Below are positions 19,329-29,134 of a DNA stretch of 56,290 nt, in pieces. Position numbers and translations under genes: made by a program. The stretch spans positions 1-56,290 of IMG/VR virus record IMGVR_UViG_3300020469_003527. The stretch is one strand, 5' to 3'. The notes under the pieces were generated by a model. The model was not told the origin of the DNA. It made no database searches and worked only from the letters and a program-made list of their open reading frames with translations. The stretch's first letter is position 1. Each line of letters opens with the position of its first letter. Origin of the DNA: a virus. Taxonomy: Duplodnaviria > Caudoviricetes.

Positions 19329-19480
19329 TCTTCCTCCATTTCATCTTCAAACTCTCTATTGTCTAGTTCAGCACCGCAGAAACAACAAGTAACAATCAAC
19401 TCATCACTATCATCGCATCTCTCTACTATGTATATATGTTCACATGAGGCACATTCTACTTTTGTTCTATTTGATGACAT
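19325..19480 (-). CDS. 51-aa zinc-ribbon protein
   Basis: Manual: MSSNRTKVECASCEH...TCCFCGAEL; AAGGA SD; follows nrdB. Confidence 0.65.
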   Translation of the reverse strand: MSSNRTKVECASCEHIYIVERCDDSDELIVTCCFCGAELDNREFEDEMEEE

Positions 19481-19496
19481 AAAATCCTTTTCTTAT

Positions 19497-20477
19497 CTAT
19501 GCGGCCTTTCCCCATACATTATCCCATGTACCTGAAACAGAACCTTTAGCATAATCTGTTGCTCTATTTTCAAAAAAGTTTGTGTGTATAGGAGCATTGA
19601 TCATTTCTTCAACCCAAGGTAAAGGATTCTTTTTAACTTTATGAATACCTTTCATACCCATAGAAATCAATCTTCTATCACAAATATATCTTATATATTG
19701 TTTTACATCTTGTGCGTTTAAATCTTTCATTTCACCCATACTAAACGCTAAATCAATAAATTTATCTTCAAGTTCTGTCATTTTTGTTGCTATTGTATAA
19801 ATTTTACCTTTTAACGTATCATTCCATATAGAACGATTCTCTTCAACAAAGGTCCTAAATAATTTTATCATGGCTTCTGAATGCATTGTTTCGTCAACAA
19901 TTGACCATGTTACAATTTGACCCATACCTTTCATCATTCCATGTCTAGGAAAATTCAATAGCATTATGAAAGACGAAAATAATTGCATACCTTCAGTAAA
20001 CGCACTAAACGCCGCTATGTGAGTTGCAGTAGATTCTAATGTGCTATTCTTTGAAGATATTTCTACTAGATAATCGTGTTTTTCACTCATCTCTTCATAC
20101 TCTAGAAATTCATTGTAAGTTTTCTCAGGCATACCTAGAGTTTCAATTAGATGCGAATATGCGGCAATATGTAATGCCTCTCTTGCGGCAAATCCAGCTA
20201 ACATCATACGAACTTCAGGTTGAGGAAAATGTGGAAGATAGTTGTTTATGTAACCGCCTGCAACATCAACATCACCTTGAGTAAAAAATCTAAAAATGTT
20301 TGTTAAAAAATGCTTCTCAGGTATTGATAGTTTGTTTTTCCAATCTTTTACATCTTCTAACATTGGAACTTCTGTGTGCAACCAATGAGCCTGTTCATGC
20401 TTTAGCCAATAATCATATGCCCAAGGATAGTTAAAAGGTTTAAAGTGATTTCTCTCGTCTTGAAGTTTTAATTTCAT
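19497..20477 (-). CDS. nrdB: Ribonucleotide reductase class I beta subunit
   Basis: FFTQGD, EALHIAAY (radical Tyr), EGMQLFSSF, DETMH, NFFE. Confidence 0.97.
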   Translation of the reverse strand: MKLKLQDERNHFKPFNYPWAYDYWLKHEQAHWLHTEVPMLEDVKDWKNKLSIPEKHFLTNIFRFFTQGDVDVAGGYINNYLPHFPQPEVRMMLAGFAAREALHIAAYSHLIETLGMPEKTYNEFLEYEEMSEKHDYLVEISSKNSTLESTATHIAAFSAFTEGMQLFSSFIMLLNFPRHGMMKGMGQIVTWSIVDETMHSEAMIKLFRTFVEENRSIWNDTLKGKIYTIATKMTELEDKFIDLAFSMGEMKDLNAQDVKQYIRYICDRRLISMGMKGIHKVKKNPLPWVEEMINAPIHTNFFENRATDYAKGSVSGTWDNVWGKAA

Positions 20478-20485
20478 TTTTGCTC

Positions 20486-21262
20486 CTAAAAAAATTGTTC
20501 TAAAGAATTTTCAGATTTGTAATTACGAATATTTTTTGCGTTATGTTTTACTTCATCATAATTTAATGAGAACGGCATAATTTCTGTAGTTTTATATTTT
20601 TCCTGTCCAGGTTTTAAAATTTTCCACACCAAATCTTTATCTTTTGGATAAGAATTTGTCCAAGTTTCTGTGCTTGTTTTCAAAAGTTTTTTCCATCTTT
20701 TCTGAGTGGGTATAATATATCTAAATTGTTTACCTTTAACTCTTGATAAACCTAACTCAATTCTTTTATCAAAATCGGGTCTACTTCCACAAATTAACCC
20801 ATCTTTTTTTTCTTGTATAGTTCTTGGGTGAATTTTTTCTCCAGATTTTGTAACGTATGTATCAGTCCAAATATAGCCGCCATAAAACATATTGAATGCC
20901 TGATACACATATCCAACTTTTCCTACTAATCCATCTGCCCATGTAAATAAAAATTTTACATCAGGCTTATTTTGCTTCAACCACTTTAATGCACATGATA
21001 ACATTTGAGTTTCAGAATTTCTAGGCATACTATCGTCCATACACATTTTGCCTATTTCAAAATAATCTTTTGTATCTAACTGAGGAAATAATTTTTGTAT
21101 CGTATGTTTGGGTCTAGTTCCCCAACCAAAAGTGATTATTCCTACTAACTTTCCATCAACAAAATATCCACAGAAATGCTTTGTAGCTGTGGGCATAACA
21201 GGAGAGTAGTGTTTATCATAAACAAAATTAGATGCATTTATCTTATGTATTTCTTTTATCAT
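20486..21262 (-). CDS. Mu Mom-like GNAT DNA-modification protein
   Basis: EIGKMCMDDSMPRNSETQ...FTWADGLVGKVGYVYQAFN matches the Mom pattern R/K-M...MPRNSE...FAD...G.VYQA.N. Confidence 0.75.
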   Translation of the reverse strand: MIKEIHKINASNFVYDKHYSPVMPTATKHFCGYFVDGKLVGIITFGWGTRPKHTIQKLFPQLDTKDYFEIGKMCMDDSMPRNSETQMLSCALKWLKQNKPDVKFLFTWADGLVGKVGYVYQAFNMFYGGYIWTDTYVTKSGEKIHPRTIQEKKDGLICGSRPDFDKRIELGLSRVKGKQFRYIIPTQKRWKKLLKTSTETWTNSYPKDKDLVWKILKPGQEKYKTTEIMPFSLNYDEVKHNAKNIRNYKSENSLEQFF

Positions 21263-21264
21263 TC

Positions 21265-23286
21265 TTAGCCTTCACAGGCTAAACATTCTGTATCATCTGA
21301 ACTGGACTCGTTATTTAGATAATCCATCATTTCTGTATACCCGCCTATATACTCTCCATTTAGATATATTTGAGGTACAGATTTTACTGCACGACCTGTA
21401 ACTTCGGCGGCAGTTTTGTTAATTTTATTTAAATCTACATAATCAAAAATTATCCCTCTACGAGTAAGTTCTTCCTTTGCTCTTTTACAAAATCCACATG
21501 TAGGTGTTCCATATACAATATTTCTAAACTTTGAATCTCCCTCAACAATGGCTTTCATATCTAATTCTTTAATAACTTCTCTCTCTAATCTTTTTGCTAC
21601 TTTATCAGCTTTACCTATTTTTTCTGACCTACAGTAATATAGTGTTTTAAGACCTTCTTTCCATGCTTGAAAATGTATAGCATGAATATATGCTACGTCA
21701 GAAGTTGGTCTAAAGAATAAATTGAGACTTTGTGCTTGGTCTATGTATTTCTGCCTATCAGCGGCATGTTGTACAATCCACCTTTGGTCGATTTCCATTG
21801 AAGTTTTGAAAACTTCTTTAATTGAATCATTGAAGGATTGAATGTGTTGAATTGAACCATCATTTGCGATAATCGAACTCCATAATTCATTATATTCTTT
21901 TTCATCATTTGTCGCCTCTTTTACAAGTTTATCTAAAAATTTATTTTTATTCAAATGGGCGCCAGACAAAGTATCTTGTCTGTACGCATTCGCTCTATAA
22001 GGTTCTATACTAGGAGATGTATTGCCCATGATAATACTGCTACTGGCATTGGGTGCAATAGCCATAAGATGAGAAAACCTTCGACCAGTACCAACAGCAT
22101 CAGGAGCCTCTCCTCTAAGTTTGCCAAGTTCAAGATTTGCTTCATCTAAACTTCTCCTTATGTGCCTGAATATTTCTACGTTTATAGACCTTGCTTGTGT
22201 AGATTCCCACGATAGCATATTTTTTTGTAGATAAGCATGATAACCAAGACTACCTATTCCAATTGACCTTTCTTGTATAGCACTATATTTTGCCCTTGAT
22301 ACACTATCAGGGGCATTGTCTATAAAATATTGTAAAACATTATCTAACATTTCTGCCACATCTCTTAAAAACAATGGATTATCTTTCCATTCATCATAGT
22401 ATTCTAAATTCAAAGATGATAAACAACACACGGCTGTTCTATTTTTATCTGTAGGTAAAATAATTTCTGAACAAAGATTTGACTGCTTTATGCTAAGACC
22501 TTTTTTCTTTTGAAACTCAGGCATCATTCTATTGCTCGTATCTATGAAATGAAGATATGGTTCTCCAGTTTGCATACGAATCTCTAGAATTCTTTGCCAT
22601 AATTCTTTAGCCGATACAATCTCTTTTACTGTACTTGTATTAGGGTCTTTCAATTCCCAATCATCATTTGCATTTTCATCTAACATACACTTTTCAATAA
22701 TTTGCATAAATGAATCTGGTATGTTTATTCCATGATGTAAATTTTGAGTTCTCATGTTAGGGTCGCCAGTAGGTTTACGCATTTCTAAAAATAACATAAT
22801 GTCTGGGTGAGATATATCTAGATATGTTGCGTATGAACCTCTTCTTGTTCTTCCTTGTCTATACGCTAAACAGGCCGCATCATAAGTTCTTAAATGAGGC
22901 ATAACTCCTGTAGACTTTTCATCTGCTGAACGAATACCTACACCTATACCTACTCCACCTCCTAACATTGATAACCAATTTACTTCAGCTAAACATTCTA
23001 TGAGTCCCTCTGCACTATCATGTAGATAAGGGAGAAAACAAGAAATAGGCAAGCCACGCTTACTACGCCCAAAAGATAAAATAGGTGTAGAATAAGATAA
23101 CCAATGCCTACTGCTGTAATCATACAAACGCTGTGCATGATCGCTATCACTTCCAAAACTTTTTGAAACATAAGCAAACCTCTCTTGTGGTGATATTTCA
23201 TCATCTCGCATATAAGATTCTGCTAATCTTTTCATTCCTAGTTCATCAAATAATTTATCTCTACTACAATCAATCTTAATTTCCAT
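21265..23286 (-). CDS. nrdA: Ribonucleotide reductase class I alpha subunit with internal glutaredoxin domain
   Basis: PISCF, SNLCSE, IAPNASSS, KTLYYCR, Grx CGFC/SVPQI/YIGG, terminal CLACEG; no ATP cone evident. Confidence 0.97.
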   Translation of the reverse strand: MEIKIDCSRDKLFDELGMKRLAESYMRDDEISPQERFAYVSKSFGSDSDHAQRLYDYSSRHWLSYSTPILSFGRSKRGLPISCFLPYLHDSAEGLIECLAEVNWLSMLGGGVGIGVGIRSADEKSTGVMPHLRTYDAACLAYRQGRTRRGSYATYLDISHPDIMLFLEMRKPTGDPNMRTQNLHHGINIPDSFMQIIEKCMLDENANDDWELKDPNTSTVKEIVSAKELWQRILEIRMQTGEPYLHFIDTSNRMMPEFQKKKGLSIKQSNLCSEIILPTDKNRTAVCCLSSLNLEYYDEWKDNPLFLRDVAEMLDNVLQYFIDNAPDSVSRAKYSAIQERSIGIGSLGYHAYLQKNMLSWESTQARSINVEIFRHIRRSLDEANLELGKLRGEAPDAVGTGRRFSHLMAIAPNASSSIIMGNTSPSIEPYRANAYRQDTLSGAHLNKNKFLDKLVKEATNDEKEYNELWSSIIANDGSIQHIQSFNDSIKEVFKTSMEIDQRWIVQHAADRQKYIDQAQSLNLFFRPTSDVAYIHAIHFQAWKEGLKTLYYCRSEKIGKADKVAKRLEREVIKELDMKAIVEGDSKFRNIVYGTPTCGFCKRAKEELTRRGIIFDYVDLNKINKTAAEVTGRAVKSVPQIYLNGEYIGGYTEMMDYLNNESSSDDTECLACEG

Positions 23287-23295
23287 TTAAAACCC

Positions 23296-23967
23296 TTATT
23301 CTTTAACTAGTGGGAAGACATTAGCAATCACTTCAGCACACGCTTTTGCTAATTCCATATGTTCTTTTTGTGTTCCATTTCCACATCTAACATCTAAATA
23401 ATGCACCCATGACCTAATTGTTCCATTAACGTATAACCTTGATATTGTCAGGCCTTCAGGCAATACTGCTCTTGCTTGTTCCTTTGCTATGTTATTATCT
23501 ATTGCCCACTTGTAGGCATCTCTCGCATGATTTAAAACTACTTCTTGTTTTAACTTCCACTTCATTTGTAAATTTATATCGTTTATAGTTAAACTGTTTT
23601 GTCTATTCTTGGCGTCCTGAAGTCTGGCCTCTCTAAGTACAAAATCGAGTTCCTCAGTTGGGTTGGCATATCTTTGGCTAAATTCCTGAAAGCTAAAACT
23701 TCTGTGTCTGAGTAATTGTCTGGCAATGTCTCTTGTTGTTTCGATTTCAAGGCACGCTGAGACCATTTCAAGCGGCGACCAGTGTTTGTGTTTGATGAGG
23801 TATTTGATGAGTCTTTCAGATGTTTCGGTATTCGTTTGATTGGTGGGATTGCTGACCCTGGCACAAAACGCAATAAGTTCTGAAAGAAGTTTGGATTTGT
23901 CGAAATTGTATCTATCATTATATTCCTCATGTGGTTGTGTATATGAAACTAATTTAACTTTCAACAA
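23296..23967 (-). CDS. thyX: Flavin-dependent thymidylate synthase
   Basis: HWSPLE, RHRSFSFQEFSQRY, KEQARAVLP, TQKEH. Confidence 0.97.
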   Translation of the reverse strand: MLKVKLVSYTQPHEEYNDRYNFDKSKLLSELIAFCARVSNPTNQTNTETSERLIKYLIKHKHWSPLEMVSACLEIETTRDIARQLLRHRSFSFQEFSQRYANPTEELDFVLREARLQDAKNRQNSLTINDINLQMKWKLKQEVVLNHARDAYKWAIDNNIAKEQARAVLPEGLTISRLYVNGTIRSWVHYLDVRCGNGTQKEHMELAKACAEVIANVFPLVKE

Positions 23968-24986
23968 TTACTCTCCCATCTTTGAAATTCTAGCAAACCT
24001 CTAGGAGAAGAAAACGTGTTTTTATTTATTATATCAATAATTTCTTTTTTTGTTCTATTCTGCATAATCATTTCATTTATATCTTTTTCTACAATAGATT
24101 TAGGCCAAATGCATATTTTTATATTTCCTAAAAGTGACCATCTCATTTGACCTCGTATATTAGCATTTCTACGCTCATTATCGTAAATAAGAACTAACTT
24201 TTCTTTTGGTAAATGATTTATCGCACTTTTCAAATTTGCATTTCCAACAGCAATAGAGTTATCTAAAAACATACTATCAAAACAGCCTTCAGTTACATAG
24301 ATTGTTTCATCTTTGTTAATCTTATTCAAATTGAAAAGCATAGGAGAATTATCTTTAATTCTCACTACTATATATCTTAGTAAGAGTTTCTCTCCTCTAA
24401 TCGCTCTTGCAGTAACACCCACTAAATTTTCATTTTCATCATAAAAAGGAAACACTATTCTAGGCTCATTTGTATGAATCTTACCTTTGTAATCGTCAGA
24501 TAACTGTGAAAGTTTAGAGGCATCATCTACAAAAAATAAAGAGTCAATCTTATCTTGAGGAATTTTTCTAAGTTTCAAATATACAATAGCTTCATGGTCT
24601 TCTGGTAGTTTAGACATCGGAAATAAAACTTTATTGTAGGTATCTTTAGAATCAAATCTAACAGGCTTGAATGTATAGTTATATTTCTTATGAGGCTTCA
24701 CTCCTATTTCTCCAGATTTATATCTGTCTACGCAGTATTTTCTATATAAAATAGGGTCTAAAAATTTTATAAGATTGCCAAAAGACATACTTGCTTGACA
24801 ATTATGACATTTATAGAAAAATGCATTTTTCCTCTCAAACAAATATCCTCTAGCTTTATTCTTGTGTTTTTTACTGTCGCCACAGATAGGGCAACGAAAA
24901 TTATATAAGCAGTTTGATTTTCTTTTAAATTTATCTAATCTAAAAGCAATATCGTGAACATACTGTCTATCTAAAATCGCACTCAT
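23961..24986 (-). CDS. 61: DNA primase, gp61
   Basis: RCPICGDS...KCHNC zinc finger, TEGCFDS Toprim, KDINEM. Confidence 0.95.
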   Translation of the reverse strand: MSAILDRQYVHDIAFRLDKFKRKSNCLYNFRCPICGDSKKHKNKARGYLFERKNAFFYKCHNCQASMSFGNLIKFLDPILYRKYCVDRYKSGEIGVKPHKKYNYTFKPVRFDSKDTYNKVLFPMSKLPEDHEAIVYLKLRKIPQDKIDSLFFVDDASKLSQLSDDYKGKIHTNEPRIVFPFYDENENLVGVTARAIRGEKLLLRYIVVRIKDNSPMLFNLNKINKDETIYVTEGCFDSMFLDNSIAVGNANLKSAINHLPKEKLVLIYDNERRNANIRGQMRWSLLGNIKICIWPKSIVEKDINEMIMQNRTKKEIIDIINKNTFSSPRGLLEFQRWESNC

Positions 24987-25011
24987 GGAAACTCCTATAG
25001 AATCATACTAT

Positions 25012-25041
25012 ATTCTACTAGATATTATAGATGTCTGTCAA
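25012..25041 (-). promoter_or_regulatory. Putative sigma70-type promoter for primase-thyX-nrd operon
   Basis: Minus strand TTGACA-N18-TAGAAT. Confidence 0.5.
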
Positions 25042-25460
25042 ATGTATTTTTGTGCCATACTAATTAAATATCCAAATAATATAGCACCGCCAACTACCAT
25101 CCACTTCCATTTTTCAAGTTCTGAAACTCTACTAACTAGTGCTTTTTTCATCTCTTTCATTTCGTCCATTCCACAAGTATGAGCCTGTCTAATTTCTTTT
25201 CTCAACTCATCTTTATTATCTTCTGTAATTTTTCTATAATCTTCAAATTTCTGAAAAAGTACATCAATTAAAGACTGTAACTGTTTGTCTGTATTATCTT
25301 GTTTTTCTAGTTTAGCTTCGTGTACGGCAACTATCTTTGATAAGTTTGTAGAAACCTCTCCTAACTTATCAATTGTAGTGTCTAACTTTGTGAATATACT
25401 TGAAATTTGACTTACGTCCCTTTTCAACAGTTCTAAGTCTGTTTTTAAATCATCTGACAT
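25038..25460 (-). CDS. Coiled-coil protein with C-terminal TM, possible lysis accessory
   Basis: LEKWKWMVVGG ending; follows spanins. Confidence 0.6.
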   Translation of the reverse strand: MSDDLKTDLELLKRDVSQISSIFTKLDTTIDKLGEVSTNLSKIVAVHEAKLEKQDNTDKQLQSLIDVLFQKFEDYRKITEDNKDELRKEIRQAHTCGMDEMKEMKKALVSRVSELEKWKWMVVGGAILFGYLISMAQKYI

Positions 25461-25464
25461 TTCC

Positions 25465-25758
25465 CTATTCCTTGATAGTTTCTATAAGTTTATCGTGTCT
25501 AATTGCACATTCATTATATTGAACCATCAAGTCTGTAGTATATCGAATCAAATCTCCCATATTAGATTCTTGAGATATTGAATCTATAGCATCACATCTA
25601 GTAGCTAAGTTTTGAGGCACTTTAGCAGTCTTCATATTAGGAGCGTATGCTTTTTGAACTGGCATCATACCACAACCAGTTATTCCTAAAAAAAATCCTA
25701 TTAGTATTAACACCCAAAAAAACTTAACTAGTATATTTCTTTGTTTTTCTTTATTCAT
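25465..25758 (-). CDS. o-spanin-like lipoprotein (Rz1-like)
   Basis: Lipobox ITGC; P.NLATRC; YNECAIRH. Confidence 0.75.
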   Translation of the reverse strand: MNKEKQRNILVKFFWVLILIGFFLGITGCGMMPVQKAYAPNMKTAKVPQNLATRCDAIDSISQESNMGDLIRYTTDLMVQYNECAIRHDKLIETIKE

Positions 25759-26210
25759 TGTTTTCTAAACTTCTTCAAATATTCTTTAGGTCTGAGTATA
25801 TTTATCTTTCTATCTTTGTTCATATCTTTCGCTTTCTCATTTAAAACATCAAAATCCAAAGTTTCTAATCCTCTATCAAAGTTTAACTCTTCTATAGTAT
25901 TTCTAACTAAATTTATACCTGAAGGTGGAATTACACATTGTTTATATACTGTTTTTTCTACTTCTTTTTCAACAGTCTTATAAATGACTTTAACTTTTCT
26001 TTTTTGTGTTTTTAATTTTTCTTCATATTCCATTGATATCAAGGCTCGTCTTTCTTCCTCTTTATCTAATTCAAGTTCATATTCTGCGGCAAGGTTTGCT
26101 CTAGCTTCTGCCTCTAAAGCGGAATTGAATTTCCAACCAGCACCAAAAGACCCTACTATCATTATTCCAAATAGTATTGCTTTCCAATGTGTAATTAAAA
26201 ATAACATCAA
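25755..26210 (-). CDS. i-spanin (Rz-like)
   Basis: N-terminal TM ending GAGWK, coiled coil, VYKQCVIP; overlaps lipoprotein gene. Confidence 0.75.
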   Translation of the reverse strand: MMLFLITHWKAILFGIMIVGSFGAGWKFNSALEAEARANLAAEYELELDKEEERRALISMEYEEKLKTQKRKVKVIYKTVEKEVEKTVYKQCVIPPSGINLVRNTIEELNFDRGLETLDFDVLNEKAKDMNKDRKINILRPKEYLKKFRKQ

Positions 26211-26359
26211 TCAGGCCTGTGATAATCTTTTGGAGGTGAAGAAGGTGGTCCGTCATCTTTTAACCACTCTTTTACTTTATTTACAAAAGTTTCTGCCCAA
26301 GCGGGTTTATAAAACCAAGCAAGTATTATACCTGATACTAATCCTACTAACCACTCCAT
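26207..26359 (-). CDS. 50-aa single-TM peptide upstream of spanins
   Basis: Manual: MEWLVGLVSGIILAWFYKPAW...; AGGAG SD. Confidence 0.55.
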   Translation of the reverse strand: MEWLVGLVSGIILAWFYKPAWAETFVNKVKEWLKDDGPPSSPPKDYHRPD

Positions 26360-26368
26360 ATATATCTC

Positions 26369-28240
26369 CTAAACTTTAAGTTTTAAATCTCTAGTCATGA
26401 AGTTTTTCTTTCTCATAACAGTTTTAGCAATTAAATCTAACTCTTTTGTTCTTCTATTTAAATTTAGAACGAACGGCATATTTATATCTGTTTTCATATC
26501 ATTTACAACAGCTTCAGCATCATCTCCTAAAGATGCTATTTTTTTTCCATATTTCTCATATGTTTTTTTAAACAAACTTGCAAGTTCTTGAATAGTTATA
26601 TCTTTTTTATTTCGCATATCATTAACTCTATCTAGAAAATGTCTAGTAAATTCTATATCAATACCTACAGCTTTGAAAAGCCTATCAGCGTAAGATTCAA
26701 CTTTATCTAAATCTGACCTAGTAATGTCTTCTGTTACTTGTTCTTTTACTTGTTTTTTAGAATGATATGAGATTTCGGGGTCAGCATCTCCAGACTCATC
26801 TGGCCACCAATTGACACTAAATTTTTTCCCCATGTTAAATATCTTACTCATATCTAATATTCTTTTTTCATATTCTTTTTTGCTCGGCTTTACTCTACCA
26901 GCAACAACATCTAGAACATAGTTTAATGTTACTGCGTTTGCTGTGAGAGAACCACATCTTGCACCTGCTTCACCTTTTAAATAATCTATCATTATAGATT
27001 CACTACTTTTAGCCATATCTTCTGCAAATTCATGAGGAACTTTTACATCAACATAACAGTATACAAAATCGTAATGAGGAGCAGGAGACCCGTGCAATAT
27101 ATATTCATCTCTTACTACTATTCTTTTAAATCCATCTTTGTTGTGCCAAACTACTTGTTTGTTTGTAAGTTCGTCTGGTTTTCCAAAAGTCTTTGTTAAG
27201 TGTTGTGCAAATTTTACAGGCTGTTCATGTTCCCATTGACTATATAATGAATTGTCTTCATTCATTTTTTTAGTCTTCTTTTTCATAGAATTTATAAATT
27301 TTCTGTAAATAGAAGAAGCGGCAACTTTACCCATAACTTTTGCTCTTTGCTCCATAGCTATTGCGGCTTGTATTTTATGAGCGTGAGTTCTTCCACTAGA
27401 TTTTATTTTTTTCACGCTATCTTCAGCATCTTCTTTAGTAGCAAATTTCAATCCTTTTATTGTTCCTTTAGGATTTTCGTCTGTATATAAGTCTGAGTGT
27501 TTATCTGAGTTAGCTGGTTGTCCTTTTTTTTTAGGGATTCTAGGATTTGATTCTTCAAATATACTACTTCTTCCATATCTTAGAAAAATCATACCTCCAG
27601 TTTTTTCGTCTTGAAGTATAATAGGTTTTTTAGGATATTTTAGACCATACTCTCTTATCGCTAATCCAATTTCATCATTACCTACATATTTTTCATATCT
27701 CACATATTTCTTTTTTCCTAGTCTAGCTTTTTTCATTAAGTCGCTAGAAACTACAAAAGTAGTTGTGTTAGCAAATTTACCTCTTCTTATCAGTTTATTT
27801 TGTGCTTTTTTACCTACTGGAGGATCATCACCTAAACCTGCAACTTGACCAGAACCAGCCACATTTGCAATTTCTTCATTTTTATATTTCTCTGACCACT
27901 TTTCAGTTAGGTATCTTTTTTTGTAAAAATCTAAAAATTTTTCTTTAATATTTTCTTCTGTGAGAGTATCTTGCTCTCTTAAAAGAAGTAAAGCGGCGGC
28001 ATATGATGCAAGTTTTGTTTTTCCAAAAGGTATCGTGCCCAAAACATTTTTAAGTTTTAGCATTAAATTATCAAACTTTGTATAGGAATCTTTTTGCTCT
28101 TGACTTCTACTGCTACGTTTTACAATGATTTTACCATTTTTATCAATCACACCTGTTTTATATGCTTCCCAATTCTCATAAGGCGTTGTCAATATTCTTA
28201 GGATTCTGTATACAATGTAAAGGTCTACTAAATTTGCCAT
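26369..28240 (-). CDS. Modular 623-aa protein: T4-like 61.1-type N-domain plus several appended modules
   Basis: DLYIVYRILRILTTP..WEAYKTGVID N-terminus; module junctions at LTE, NEE, FEE, MNE, VTE. Confidence 0.7.
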   Translation of the reverse strand: MANLVDLYIVYRILRILTTPYENWEAYKTGVIDKNGKIIVKRSSRSQEQKDSYTKFDNLMLKLKNVLGTIPFGKTKLASYAAALLLLREQDTLTEENIKEKFLDFYKKRYLTEKWSEKYKNEEIANVAGSGQVAGLGDDPPVGKKAQNKLIRRGKFANTTTFVVSSDLMKKARLGKKKYVRYEKYVGNDEIGLAIREYGLKYPKKPIILQDEKTGGMIFLRYGRSSIFEESNPRIPKKKGQPANSDKHSDLYTDENPKGTIKGLKFATKEDAEDSVKKIKSSGRTHAHKIQAAIAMEQRAKVMGKVAASSIYRKFINSMKKKTKKMNEDNSLYSQWEHEQPVKFAQHLTKTFGKPDELTNKQVVWHNKDGFKRIVVRDEYILHGSPAPHYDFVYCYVDVKVPHEFAEDMAKSSESIMIDYLKGEAGARCGSLTANAVTLNYVLDVVAGRVKPSKKEYEKRILDMSKIFNMGKKFSVNWWPDESGDADPEISYHSKKQVKEQVTEDITRSDLDKVESYADRLFKAVGIDIEFTRHFLDRVNDMRNKKDITIQELASLFKKTYEKYGKKIASLGDDAEAVVNDMKTDINMPFVLNLNRRTKELDLIAKTVMRKKNFMTRDLKLKV

Positions 28241-28597
28241 CTATATTTTTTTCCTTAACCTTTTTAGTAATTCTTCATCATACTCTACATCATCATTCTC
28301 AATATATTTTAAGTGTATCAAAAAAGAGTTAATTACTGCTTTACTTTTTTTGTCAACTTTGTGATTTAAAATAGATGCCGTGGCTTCTACTCCGAAAACA
28401 TTAGAAAGTAATATTATATGATTTAATATCAATCTTTCTTTTAGTTCTCCTTTGTCAGAATATTTGTTTAGTAGTCTTTTTATGTATTGTATTTTTTTTA
28501 AATCATCTAAAAATTCAAGAATCGAAACACAGTTAGGATTCTTATAACTACTTACAACATATTCTTCAAAATTTTCATCACTTAATTTAACAATCAT
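28241..28597 (-). CDS. Conserved T4-like hypothetical protein
   Basis: Y.NPNC..EFLDDLK, LKERLILNHII..NVFG. Confidence 0.7.
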   Translation of the reverse strand: MIVKLSDENFEEYVVSSYKNPNCVSILEFLDDLKKIQYIKRLLNKYSDKGELKERLILNHIILLSNVFGVEATASILNHKVDKKSKAVINSFLIHLKYIENDDVEYDEELLKRLRKKI

Positions 28598-29134
28598 TTA
28601 AAATGTACTTAAACTTGCCCTCAATATTGCTGAAGAATTTACCGCTACATAAATGTAATTAGTGTCCCAAGTAATTGTTCCTACTCCTAAACCTATACTT
28701 GAATTGTCTCCATTTGCAGGCGTTTGTGCTGTTCTAACACGAATAGAATTAGAATTTATATCTAACGCTGAAGTAGGAGCATTTGTTCTTATTCCTACTC
28801 TATCATTACCAGCATCAACATATATCATATTTTCATCATTATTTGATTCTACTCTTGTATCAGAATCTCCACCATCTTCATTTACAACCATTCCAGTTTG
28901 AACCATCATTAAGTTTGATGTATCTACTGTTAGATATGAAGATGCTATAGTTGAATTTCCTGTAGCACCAAAGTCCATAGTAGAAAAACTTGTTTGTGAA
29001 GTTGCTCCAAAAATATCTTCTAGTTCTATTTTTTTACTTACAGGAGTTCCACCTGGATCATCAATAACTAACAGCACATCGGTGTTAGCGACTGCTGTTA
29101 GTTGCGAAAGTTGAGTTACTTTTTTATCTGCCAT
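28598..29134 (-). CDS. Putative virion structural / short fibre protein
   Basis: MADKKVTQL start, RVGIRTNAP, ITWDTNYIYVAV fibre-type motifs. Confidence 0.6.
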   Translation of the reverse strand: MADKKVTQLSQLTAVANTDVLLVIDDPGGTPVSKKIELEDIFGATSQTSFSTMDFGATGNSTIASSYLTVDTSNLMMVQTGMVVNEDGGDSDTRVESNNDENMIYVDAGNDRVGIRTNAPTSALDINSNSIRVRTAQTPANGDNSSIGLGVGTITWDTNYIYVAVNSSAILRASLSTF

